Source: Adineta vaga
Lineage: Eukaryota; Animalia; Rotifera
Length of the DNA stretch: 64,000 bases
Direction: 5' to 3'
Assembly (NCBI GenBank): GCA_021613535.1
Contig: CP075497.1
Span: 11,594,001 to 11,658,000 of the forward strand
The number at the start of each line of letters is the position of its first letter. The first letter of the stretch is position 1. Both the position numbers and the translations under genes were made by a program. Below are positions 38,430-50,197 of the stretch, one piece after another. The notes under the pieces are model-generated. The model searched no databases. It was not told the DNA's origin and saw only the letters and a list, made by a program, of their open reading frames with translations.

Positions 38430-39155
38430 TTTTAAAATAATAACATCAGCATCGTGTAAGTCTTTTAAATCACTAATTGTTGTTGATAAATCTAATGGAA
38501 TTTGATCCCGTTCTAAAATAATAATACGATTTGCTGGTAACAATTTCAATTCTTTAGTTAAATAATCAAGTCCTTTTCCTAATGGCCAAAGTTTAGAAAG
38601 ATAAAATGGATATCGTTTCTTATTTTCGTTATCATCATCATCAGCAATTTGTACAAATACATGAAGGCGATTTTCCATTGGAACACCAGTGGGTCCTTTT
38701 GCTGTTTGTTTTAGCTTCATCATAGTAACTTTGTTTGCTAATGCTTCATTTTTTGTACCAATAAATTTCTCTGTTGGATAATTACTCGCCGCTTTTGGTT
38801 CATTTTTATTCGTCTGTGATGTGTAATGAGTTGATGGCTGTTGTTGCGATCGATGGGAACATTCATGATCATCAAAATGACGATGTTCAACACAAAAGTT
38901 CTTTAAACATAACGGACATGTGAAACTAATTGGAGATTTTTGACTTTTACAACCTTGTGTATAAGCACATGGAAGAAATGATGATGAATTCGATGAAGTT
39001 ATTGAATCTGTTTGTTGTAAGGAAATACACGAATGATCCGGCGCTGAACCATGCCGTTTGCAAAATGTTTTTGAACAATAAATACAATGAACAGGAAGAA
39101 AATCGAGTGTATTACATTGTGGATATTCACAATGTGTTCCTAATAGTTCAACCAT
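38418..39155 (-). CDS. ZFAND1: AN1-type zinc finger protein 1-like
   Basis: Two AN1 fingers (G-x-HC...LDFLP-x-x-C...FC-x-x-H...H-x-C; CPLC-x-x-NFC-x-x-HRH-x-x-DHEC), KV-x-MMKLK-x-x-AKG, and a ubiquitin-like C-terminus. Confidence 0.85.
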   Translation of the reverse strand: MVELLGTHCEYPQCNTLDFLPVHCIYCSKTFCKRHGSAPDHSCISLQQTDSITSSNSSSFLPCAYTQGCKSQKSPISFTCPLCLKNFCVEHRHFDDHECSHRSQQQPSTHYTSQTNKNEPKAASNYPTEKFIGTKNEALANKVTMMKLKQTAKGPTGVPMENRLHVFVQIADDDDNENKKRYPFYLSKLWPLGKGLDYLTKELKLLPANRIIILERDQIPLDLSTTISDLKDLHDADVIILKKVK

Positions 39156-39318
39156 AATGATGAAATAATCATGTATGCTTACGCTATGCTATGAATTGTT
39201 CTATTTTATTATTGGAGAATAAAGGACGAATAAGATAGCAGATGTATTCGATTTACTTTGCGGATAATTTTGATCTTTCTCTTCTTTGTTTTCAAATCTA
39301 TTCGTACAAACAGATGAG

Positions 39319-40430
39319 ATGGAGATAGCTGAAGAAGAACACGAACAAGCTGCCGTTACTTCAAGTTCATCACCAAATTTAGTTATTGATATTCTTGATA
39401 GTAAATTTAGTTTTTGAAAAAAGAAACATATATTTCAACATGTTGTTTTTTCTCTTTTGATATATTTAGAATACCTTGAAAAAACAGAAAATGAACGAGT
39501 TTTAACTCCTGAATTAGAACAAATTCTTGTTCAAATTGCCAAAACCGGTTATTCACGGTGAGAATAAAATTTTGTTTTTAAATTTAATGTTCATAATTTC
39601 TTGTAGTTATCCATGGGAGAAAATCAAACCATTATTTCTTCAAAAGTTAACAATCGTCCTTGATGAATTTAATAATGAATCAAATATGGATAAATTAGAC
39701 GTTCATCCTAACGTAGATCGATCAACTTTTGAAGAGTTGAAAAATGATATTATTGAAAGAATTGATTCGTTTGAAAAGTAAATTTCAATTCAATTCAATT
39801 CCTATTCTATTTCGTTTTACTTTTTGCAAGTGCTCCATTTACAATTCAACGTTTATGTGAATTAATACTTTCACCACATGCACATTATAGAAGAACAGAT
39901 AAATTTGTACGTGGTTTAACGAAATGTGTTTCAGTTGTAACGACCATTGACAACGAAGGAAAGTAAGTAATTCAATGAAACTTCTTGTTTTTATACGAAG
40001 ATTCTTATTGTAACATTGTTTATTCCTCTTCTTTTTCTTTAGTAAAATTTATATTGAACCACCTCGAAATGGTTTTTCATCTTCAACAACAATGGATTCC
40101 TCTGATTCTCTTTCAAATTCTCAAATTACAAACGGTTTTGCTATTCCACATAATGTCAATGATAATGATTCTATTCGACTTGAAAGTCAAGAAACTCAAG
40201 CTGGTTCAACAATAAATACTCAATTAGATGATGAGATGGGACAAGATACAAATGAAGATGAACAAGATGAAGATGATGAAGAAGAGGAGGAAGACGAAGA
40301 AGAAGAGAAACCACCTTCATCATCCTCGTCACCCCCACAAACAAATCTTACAGATGAAAATAGTAGTTCAAGTAATAGCAATTCTACACCATTACCATCA
40401 TCATCAACTGAAGATATGCTTGAACAATAA
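39319..40430 (+). CDS. PPP4R2: Protein phosphatase 4 regulatory subunit 2 (5 exons)
   Basis: IAKTG...YPW-x-x-IKPLF, APFTIQRLCEL-x-x-x-P-x-x-HY-x-x-TDKF-x-RG and an acidic tail. Confidence 0.9.
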
Positions 40431-42102
40431 ACGTGAATATCATCAAATTAAAATTTTTTTTTGTTCTTTTTTTCTGTATATAAAGAATATGAGTTTGGAA
40501 ACACAAAGAAACACTAATTGTGAAAGTCATTATTATTCCTATTTGTTTACTCTTTCATTCAATAAAAAAAGACAAGAAGTTCACATTTTTAATACTAATC
40601 TTTTCTTGACTGAAAAATAGTTCTATTTCATCAGTATCTAATTGCGAAAGAAATGGAGATGACGAAAAAAAGATCAAAATAAATATTGATCTACCTTGTT
40701 TTCGATGAAACGAAACTGAATAGTGATCGAAACACGAGGATTGACTTCGACTTTCTTCTTTTTCTGATATCTTCTTAATAACATCAGTCCAGCAAAAAAT
40801 CCATAGAAACGTCAGAAAAAAAACATGCTTTCCGTCAACAAATCTCATAACAACTCATACCATCGATTTCGTCGCATTGAGCCATATCGATTCACATATT
40901 TTTCGTTTCGGTTGGTCCTATTTCCAGTGTAGTATGTGTCACCATTCTATAAAATTAAACAAATGAGAATAATTTTATTATTCTATATGAGACTTCGCTG
41001 ATTGCATTGGTCTTTAATATTATGTACTTTTTTTCAGTATGATGCAATATCGATATCGCTGCTTTTGACAAATAGATGAATTAAAACTTGAATAGGTATT
41101 TTTCAAAGTCATAGTATTCTGCATCCGCAAACATAGAGATCGATATCGTAAACCTCCAAGATAATGTGCTCTTCACATGAGACTCTTGAAGTTATTAAAC
41201 ATGTTAATTGAATCAACTGTGTCTTAGCTACTTAAACGTTTAAAGCTAATAACTGGTATGACGATAAATAAGTACAAGAACATTACAGACAAATTCGGTG
41301 CATAGTTTTGTCCTCTGCTATTTCTTTCAGATATAAAGATGAATGTCGATGAATAACACATGTTTGGTTTTTTGTTGCATTGATAAGTCTAAATCGAATA
41401 GTTTTCGCAAAAATAACAAATATTTCTCTAGCTAATCTCTGACACAATACAATGAAGTGATAGATGAATTCGTTTCAACAAGTTGTTTATCTTAAAACAA
41501 TACAAGATAGAGAGATGCCAATAACAGAGAATCTTTTTCGTCTAATAAAAGTTCTAAATGTTATGTTCACATGAAAACTGTGAACGTCTCGAGTAATATA
41601 TAATATCTTAATGCTACACGAGAGTTGTTATAAGATCGCGATGATAAGAGCTGTATCTGTGATTCTAAAGTCTATCTCGTAGATATCTACTGATCGATGT
41701 AATCCTTTTGTCAATATGTTATGTACCAATTGCTTCTGCTGCTGCTGTTATCATCATAAAGTTAGAGTGAACAAACACATAACTATTTGAAGAGTTTTCG
41801 CAGCACGTGTTAAACATCCTTTATTCCACGGATTCAATACAATTATATAAAAAAGTTTGGGTTTGAAAACACAACCAAAGTCATTCTTATTTTTTTTAAT
41901 TGTTCATTATTTTCTTTGATAACGACGAACAAAAAGTTCCTTTTCGGTAGTAACAATGTGACATCTGCAGTTGTTTGTTGAATGATGACTCATCAATGTT
42001 TTTTTTTGCTTCCTTCTCTTCTCCCTCTTGTCTTTTTCTTGAAAAAAAACGCACTGACTGAACTGAACTAAGTTATTAAATCTTTTTAGAAATCATTTTG
42101 AA

Positions 42103-43053
42103 ATGGCCTCATCATCAAATCGTGAAGCGTCTCCTTCGAAAGTCAATGAAGATAAAGTTAATGTCGAAAGTCTAAACAAACCTAAACAAACAACTGTTGA
42201 TGAATCCAAGAAAAAAACCCATCAAGATATTCGTAAACTTGAACATGTCCCTGAATTATCTCGTACTGCTATAAGTGAACATGAACTTGAAACTGATCAA
42301 ATAGCATTAGCAACATCCAATGAAAATCTTCTGATTTATGATTCTACGAAATTTATTCTTTTTGATCAAAAACTTCAAAAAATAAAAGAATTTGAATGGA
42401 AGGAATTTGATTCATCGGGAATCCTAACAGTCGATGATCTCACTTATTTGTCATGTCAAAATTCTTATCTTGTCTTAACACGAACTCATATATATGAATT
42501 AAATGTTGATTCATTTGATATGAAACCTTTAAAAGAATTTAGTCGCCAAGATAAATCTGGCGATGATAAACTGGAATTTGCATCTATTACTGCTCATGAT
42601 GAACATATCTTTCTTGCTCATTCCGATGCATCAGCAGTTGCTAAATGGACATGGAAACCAACATTACAATTAATGAATCGATGGACAAAAACAAAATTTG
42701 TTGAAGAAACTGATTCAGCAGTTTTAGCAATTCGTACTAATGGTACACATGTTGGTTTATTAATTAAAGGTGATACAATACGTTTAGAAGTATTTGATTT
42801 TAATTTAGCAACACGTATTGTTCATCATCTTGAATTAAGTCCAACAGCAATGATGTTAACATCATTAGGAAATAATCAATGGCTTGTTACTGATAGTGAA
42901 CAACATGAATTATTATTGATTAATGAAGATAATAAAATACAAAAAACTCAAAATAAAGATAGTTCACCATTGAATGCAGGAAGATTGGTGAATGATTATC
43001 TTGTTATTAAATGTCAAAAACCAAATAAACTTCAAATATTTCAGTTGGATTAA
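42103..43053 (+). CDS. Intronless 316-aa protein with a probable beta-propeller (NHL-like) fold
   Basis: Long ORF with repeated beta-strand-like blades (e.g. WLVTDSEQHELLLI) after a disordered N-terminus. Confidence 0.6.
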   Translation: MASSSNREASPSKVNEDKVNVESLNKPKQTTVDESKKKTHQDIRKLEHVPELSRTAISEHELETDQIALATSNENLLIYDSTKFILFDQKLQKIKEFEWKEFDSSGILTVDDLTYLSCQNSYLVLTRTHIYELNVDSFDMKPLKEFSRQDKSGDDKLEFASITAHDEHIFLAHSDASAVAKWTWKPTLQLMNRWTKTKFVEETDSAVLAIRTNGTHVGLLIKGDTIRLEVFDFNLATRIVHHLELSPTAMMLTSLGNNQWLVTDSEQHELLLINEDNKIQKTQNKDSSPLNAGRLVNDYLVIKCQKPNKLQIFQLD

Positions 43054-43215
43054 AAATTATGAATTTGAAGACAATTTTATCTCAAATAAACCTGCTGTAA
43101 TTAGAATTTAACTCTTCTTTTTCTGTATTTTATTTTACAACGCTAGTTTAAATCAAAAAATGTTTTATACAAACACACTAGCAAGAAACAAAAAAAAACT
43201 AAAGATGACAAAGTT

Positions 43216-43912
43216 TTATTTTGTATGTTCAATTTGAATCTGACGATCTTTAGGTTCAGCTTTTGGTAATGGTGCTTCGATTGAAAGAACGCCATTTTCA
43301 GTAAATGTAGATTTTAAATCATCAAGTTTAAGATCTTCTGGTAATGTATAAGATTGACTGAATTCATGAAGAGAATAACTATTTCCAGCCTAAAATAAAA
43401 TCAAGATTTTCATTGATGAAATTATCACTTGAATTCATACCTTCTTCTCTTTCTTTCCTGAAACAGTCAATGTACCATTTTGTGTTTTGATTTTGACTTC
43501 TTCTGGTTCGAAACCACGCATATCAAATGCAAGTTGAAATTTTCGTGATCCATCAGCTTCAGTTACAATCATATTATTTTCTAAATGAATTAAATTAAAC
43601 TAATTTCATTGAAAACAAAAAAGTTTATTTACCATTTGTATTGTTACCAGTATAATTCATTAATGATCGATTATCATTCGCATTATTCGTGTTACTACCA
43701 CGGAAGTAGTTATCGAATTGTCGTTGCATACGATCGAATTCTTTTTCCAAATCACGAAAGACATTCGATGATGAACCAAGAAATACATCAGGTAAATTTC
43801 GTGGATTTCGATAGAAAAAAGTACGAACAGGTCCACACGTGTTGCCTATCATTGATAGACCACATCGAGTAGTTGGTACAAGAAGACGTGAAACAATACG
43901 AGATGAAGCCAT
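43216..43912 (-). CDS. Small heat-shock protein (HSP20/alpha-crystallin) with a mitochondrial-like presequence, 3 exons
   Basis: FQLAFDMRGFEPEEVKIK...LTVSGK and FSQSYTLPED...NGVLSIEAP with an I-x-I tail; Arg/Ser-rich N-terminus without acidic residues. Confidence 0.92.
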
Positions 43913-43998
43913 TATAGAAAATGTTTATATTGATAGGAGCTATATAAATAAGACGACTTGTCAATTGACATTCGTTTATATATTCTAAGGGATTGATC

Positions 43999-44018
43999 AT
44001 TCTCGAATATTCGAGAAT
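43999..44018. promoter_or_regulatory. Heat-shock element with four alternating nGAAn units
   Basis: ttctcgaatattcgagaa is a perfect palindrome just upstream of the sHSP TATA box (tatataaa on the minus strand, ~43976-43983). Confidence 0.9.
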
Positions 44019-44380
44019 TCTCTCTCATATTCAGGTACATAGGAGCTAATTCTTCCAATAGTGATGACATTTCACTATCGATCGATCGTAAGAGAAAAGA
44101 AAAAAAACGTAGAACGAATGCACCGATGTCGCTATATAGCGACTCCTATTGCATCAGCTATGTCTGATGCAACGCCTATAGTATATTCTAGATTCATCGA
44201 GAAGCAAGTAAAAAGAGGTCACCATAATTCTTATCAGTTAGTCTATATTGAATTGATGAATGAATTATCGAGTTGAACTCGTTGATTTTGTCTTCAATTT
44301 ATATGAATTGAATTTTAAAAAAAGAAAAAGAAATAAAATTGTTCTTCTAAAAATAATAAATCTTTGATAATTATACAGCA

Positions 44381-47108
44381 TTAATCATTCGTTGCTCGGA
44401 CATGTTTAACAAGAACATTGCCAAAACCTTTTTTAGTCTCTTTTCTCTTTTCCTGTTGCGGCTGCTCCTGTTGTCGTTGTTGTTGCCGTAAATGTCTAGG
44501 TGCATCAACAATTTCGACAATTTCCTCGACAGATGAAGCATCTGATTGATCGATACTTTCTTCAACGTATTCATATTGAGGTGGAGGTTTTCGACGTATT
44601 GTTCGAGCTTCTTCTACATCAACATATTCATAACGTGTTGTTGTTGGTTGTACAGCCATTGATTGATGTTGTGTTGGACGGACGATTGTTGTTCGTGGAT
44701 AACTTTGTTTCGTTTCAATCACTTCAATAACTGGTGCTTGTTGAATTGTACGTGTTTGTTTTGGTTTCGTTTCAATAACTTCTACATATGATGTTTCTCG
44801 TTCAGGTAATTCAATGTATCGTGGTTGAATTTCAGTTGCTGTTGGAGCAACAACTTGATAAATTACTTGTTTTGGTTGAATTATTTCTTCGAAATCAGCT
44901 GGTAAAACTTGAACAATTCGAGAAATCATTCGTGGTTGAATTAGCGGACGATATACAAGTCCTCCATATGCATTTTTCGATGGCCAGACACCGCGATCAA
45001 AATCTATGGGACGTACTGGTGCAATTGTTGCTTCTGTATTTGTTTGTTTATCATTAACTTGAACTGGCGGATGTGATACTGATGCTGTAGTTGAAACATC
45101 TTGAAGACCAGATGGAATCGATGATGTTTCAGCTGGACGATTAAATTTATAAATTTTTCTTAATACTGCTTTTTTTCGTTCATTTCCATCAGCATCGTAA
45201 GTACTTGATGGATCATTTGGATCAATATCTTCATCTTTATTAAACATATAACCATATTTAAAACAGCATATAAAGACAATTAAAGTTACAATAATTGTTA
45301 TTAACATAATTGAACATACAACCATACCGAGAATTTTCCATTGAGCATCATTGACATTATCTAAAAAGTTTCAATTACTCAATCAAAAAGAAGTTCATTC
45401 TGTGCTTCGTCTATGTACCTTTACTATATGTAGCAATGGATGCAATAAGACCAGCAAATGAAGCAATACCCAACAGGATCATCGATCCAAATAGAAGTCC
45501 ACCACTTAATCGTTTTAAACCTAAACATAACGGTTGAGAAAGCCATAAAGCCTAAAGACAAAATATCTTTTCAATTTGGAATCTAATATTCGATTGATAT
45601 TCATACCAATTTGCTTTTTGGTTTTGTTGCATCATCAACAATTCGACTTCCATCTACTTCATCAGAAGCAACATTCAGATGATGTTTTACAATTCCTTCT
45701 ACAAATTAAATCAATTCAGAACGAATTTTCCGGACAATATGAAGAAATATAAGAAACCTACCAACACGACCATTCTGTTGATTATACAAAGCAAAGGATC
45801 GATGATTATTCATCAAATCTTGATCAGCCGCTTTTTTCGATTTATTTTTATTTGTTTTAGATTGAAAAGTTGCATTTTGTGCTGCACGTAGATAAGATGT
45901 GGATTTCGATTGCATAAGAGGATTTGTTGATATCAATGAGGGTGAACGTTGAGTAGCTTTAATAAATAAAAGAAAGAGAGTTCATTGATTTATGGGATAG
46001 TTGCGATTATTAGTTACGTTTATAAGGTACATTCGGATAATTTCTTTGTGTAGTATAATCTGGATGAGGTGGTGGTGCGACTTTGTTACCTTTGAAAGAA
46101 GCATTATGACTTACTGTCGGAGGTTTATATTCAGAAACGATGGGATGAGGTGGTGGATATTGTGATGGTTTAGTTTTTCTAATCATTTGTTGTTGTTGTT
46201 GAGACGCAGGTACTAATACCATACCAGATGGTATCTGATATGTATCAAAAGGATTTTGTTGATCGAATTCTTTTACAAAAAGAAATGTATATATAATTAG
46301 ACCAACTAAAGACTTGTCTTTGTTTACCCGATGGTGTAGGTGGAATTGGTTCAGGCGTAGGTGCAGTAAATTGATGAATACGATCTCGTAATTTGTGTTT
46401 AACACTAATTGATGGTTCTTTCTTCTCTTCAGGTGGTTTGACAGGTTTTACACGTGCATCAAATATAACAGGATCTGGTGTTGGTGTTCGAGGAACAAAG
46501 GGTACAGTTACAGGTGATTCAGCTGATGGAGTAGGCGTGGGTACAATCTACAAATGATTCATATTGAAAGATGTTCTTCTCAAAAATTTCTTCCTAACAA
46601 TTCAAATTCAACGACAACACGAAAGAAAAAAATATTGATTAAAGAATGTACTTTTTTAGGTTATCGAAATCCCGTTACATTATTTTACAGTTAAATTAAA
46701 TATTTCATGGAATGAAACTATTCTCATGAAAATGCATAAAATAACATTCGAGGATTTCTATTTCTTAATCAGTTGAAATGAAGTGTATGAATTTTAGTTT
46801 GTGTGTCAATTTTGAAAGAGAGAAAAAAATGAGTATGTATTTGTTCTAATTGAAAGAAGAACAAGAAAAAAAAACAAAGAATTAGATTTGCAACATACAA
46901 GATCTGGTCGATATTGACGATTTAATTCTTTGTTCAATTGCTTGATAGGATCGACAATTTGAGTTGGTTCTCGAACAGGTTTTATTATTGTTTTCGATGG
47001 ACGTCTATTTTGATTTAGGAAATCAAGTGTATGATCATCAATTTCTTCGTAATATTCTAGTACATCATCGTTATTGTTTACGAATAGTGAATTCTCACGT
47101 ACTGCCAT
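44381..47108 (-). CDS. Multi-exon Pro/Gln-rich protein with two TM helices, function unknown
   Basis: Coding-like segments separated by GT-AG introns; hydrophobic helices GGLLFGSMILLGIASFAGLIASIAT and ILGMVVCSIMLITIIVTLIVFICCF. The exon structure is approximate. Confidence 0.6.
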
Positions 47109-47560
47109 TCTGTAAGTATTAACATTACGACTCTTTTTTCATGAAATATAAAAGATCGAAATGGTTCGTAGGCAGGCGTATATATTTATTTATGATATTT
47201 TGTAAGTTTTCTTGGCAACAACAAGACTAACAAAAGACATAATTAAAAAAAAAGAACAAATCAATGTATATGAATGGTAGTTTACGTCCAAAAAAGCACG
47301 AATTTTTTTAATTTAAAATTGAAGGTAAAAGTTTTTTTTTCTTACTCATTTACTGTCCTGAAATAGAGATAGAGAAATCCTACATCGAGCATGTAGAATG
47401 ATGGATTTGTTGAATTATTGATAAAAGAAAACTTTTATTTGAATAAAAATCATTATACTACGATTTATTTTAAGAAAGAAAAAAGTATTGAGTAGAAGTT
47501 TTTGAGAGCAAGAGAGAAGAAAATAGAACAAAAATGTTTTCAGATGTTCAGTTTGTTGAA

Positions 47561-48652
47561 TTATTTTTTGCCAGTTTCGACAACGACAGGTGGATAATTG
47601 CAAACACTGATCTTAGGATCGAAAATAGTACCAGGAGCACATCTACGAATCCAGAATACACCAGTTTGATCACATTGTATAAATCGAGTTGCATCAGGAT
47701 AATAAGGAAAATAATATTGACCAAGTACGCCACATGGATTTTGAACTAGAAACAAATTGGATACATTTTTTATGATTCATAAGACAAAGATCACTTACTT
47801 CCAATACATTCATTTGTATTACATCCACATTGCCATTGACCAGACAATTGTGAACAAGTTGCACCTTTGGGACAAAAACCAACTGGACATCCTGGACTTG
47901 TACCTAAACCAATGACTTGAGCATTCGCAGTAGCAATAGGTGCTGTTGCATCAAGTTGACCACCAGCAACACCAGGCCATAAACTAGCAAAATTGTACCA
48001 ATTGATATTTTGATATGGATATGGATAATAATAACCTAAAGGAAATTGAGGGTGAACTTTTTGCTATTGTTATATCGGTTATACCTCGAGAATCTGAATT
48101 AACAGACGGTTGTTGTGCTTGTGGTTCAGGAACATAAGTTTGTTGAGCTGGTTGTGGTAATTTTTGTTCAGGATGTGGATTTGGTTGAGCTGGTTGATGA
48201 AATTGTTGTTGATTCAAAGCTTGTTGCTCTAAAAGTTGTTGCTCATAGAATTGCTGTTGTTGTTGTTGTTGTTGATGTTGCTGCTGCTGCTGCTGTTGTT
48301 GTTGTGCTTGTAGATCTAGAACTTGTGGTGGATTTAACTGTAGAGTTGGTTGTAGTTGTTGTTGGTCAGGATATTGTTGAGGATAGAATTGTTGTGCTTG
48401 TTGTTGTTGTTGTTGTTGCTGATAGAGTTGCTGTTGCTGTTCTTCTGCAGTCTGTCGTTGATGATATAATTGTTGTCGAAGTTGTTGAAATGGTGATAGT
48501 TCTTGTCCATCTCGAGCAATAAGTGCTTCACTCAATGCTTCAATCATACGATTTGTTAAAATCGTATCTGTAAAATTGATTGGTGGTAATGCATGAATAT
48601 TCTTATGAAATAAAATAACAATTGAGATGAATATCAATGTAATTCTTATCAT
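47561..48652 (-). CDS. Secreted Gln-rich protein with a C-terminal chitin-binding (peritrophin-A/CBM14-like) domain
   Basis: Signal peptide, polyQ tracts, and NPC...YFPY-x-x-DATRFIQC...CAPGTIFDP-x-x-x-VCNY; two short introns. Confidence 0.8.
48250..48440 (-). repeat. Coding (CAA/CAG)n polyglutamine tracts
   Basis: tgt/tgc triplet runs on the + strand. Confidence 0.9.
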
Positions 48653-49201
48653 TCTTATTGTTTAAACACAAAATAATTGTCTTTTGAAGTTGTTAAATAA
48701 AACGTTGAAGTGAAGTTTTCATCGAATATTTATATGTGATTAACATCTTTTTCTTTTCTTGTTGAACTTCGCCTTCTTAATCGAAGGTCTTCGTGTACGC
48801 TCTTTCTTTTTCTATTGTCCTCGTTTGAAAAGAAAAGTCATGACTATGTCTTCTACATATATGTCTATATTGTAGATGGATTATCAAACTCCGACAACGA
48901 AGAATGTTATGACGTTCAGAGGTGAATAGAAATGTACGTTCAATATCGGCCTACAACACGGATTAACAAAGAAGAAAACGAAAGAATGTTCAATTGAAGC
49001 ATTAAATATCTTAGAATATCAACTAATACTGATAACCTTTGATAATTGTAAACTCTACATAGATTGTAAGTCGTAGATCAACGACATATTTGCTGAAAGT
49101 AACTTGAAAAAAAAAGAAAGAAGATAATCGAGTTTTAGTCTAAGGACGTAGAATGATCGAATGGATATAAATGAAAATGTCAAGGTTATGAAAACATAAT
49201 T

Positions 49202-49663
49202 TTAATTGATATATTGCTTTGTATAGAAAAATAAAATAAGAAAGAGAAATCCCATTGAAAAAATTGTTATCGATTGTATTTTTGAACTATTACATGTTAA
49301 TCGACGTTCATCCGTTGTTTTCATTCGAATTAAACAATAATCATCATTTTCATATTGACATAGAAGTTTCGCTTGTCCAGCATAATAGATTCCTGAACAG
49401 ATTTTATCATTATTCAATATGAAATGTAACGATCCATCTCGATAGCATGTTCCTCGAGATATCTGCTTTTGATATTCAATTGTAATTGATGTAAATGGCC
49501 AATGATGACTAAATTGATAAGGACCTTGAGGAATATACAATGAGGATGATGAACAGTTGATCATATGTAAGTAATGTGTACCGGTTAAATCCGACCAACA
49601 TTTTCGAATATTCAGATAGAAAATAAGAAAAACTATGAATCGTATATTTCGACTCATTTTCAT
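49202..49663 (-). CDS. Small Cys-containing cell-surface protein, possibly GPI-anchored
   Basis: Signal-like N-terminus, several cysteines and a hydrophobic C-terminal tail. Confidence 0.55.
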   Translation of the reverse strand: MKMSRNIRFIVFLIFYLNIRKCWSDLTGTHYLHMINCSSSSLYIPQGPYQFSHHWPFTSITIEYQKQISRGTCYRDGSLHFILNNDKICSGIYYAGQAKLLCQYENDDYCLIRMKTTDERRLTCNSSKIQSITIFSMGFLFLILFFYTKQYIN

Positions 49664-50197
49664 ATGACAAAAGACAAGTGAAATATTAACAAAACATCTG
49701 ACGTCTTCATCTTGAAATAAGAGCTGCAAAGAAACCTGATCATTTCTTGTCAACATAAATTTACATGAGATTCAATATGATTCCTTCATTCGTTTCAAAA
49801 GTAAAACAATTTTGAATTTTTCTTTTCTTGATTTATTTTCTATCTATAATTTAAAAACAACAACATGTGTATGTTTAGCCTTTATCGTTTGTGTTTGTAT
49901 GCATGCATCAACTAGAATAAAAGAAATGATAGTTTTTTAAAAAAAACGAAGACAGAGAATAAAACAGGTCTATCACAAATAAAAATATCGGACTGACCGG
50001 AAACAGAAAATAAATCATCGTACAGAACAAAGATATAATAATGAACTGTTTATACACACGCACACACATAGAGATAGATTAAAACAGAATAGAACCGTTG
50101 TTTTAAAAAAAGGACAAGGAAATTAAATATGTTCGATTCGGCGTTGGCTTTCTCGTTTCTCTTTCAAAATATGTACACAGAGTTGTTTGATTCAAAG

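Noticed and set aside
40555-40950. Exon-like minus-strand segment with splice-like ends
   Set aside because: I could not build an open spliced frame or recognise a product.
48115-48522. Val-rich + strand ORF (similar ORFs at 2717-2926 and 44500-45057)
   Set aside because: These are antisense shadows of Gln-rich coding sequence.
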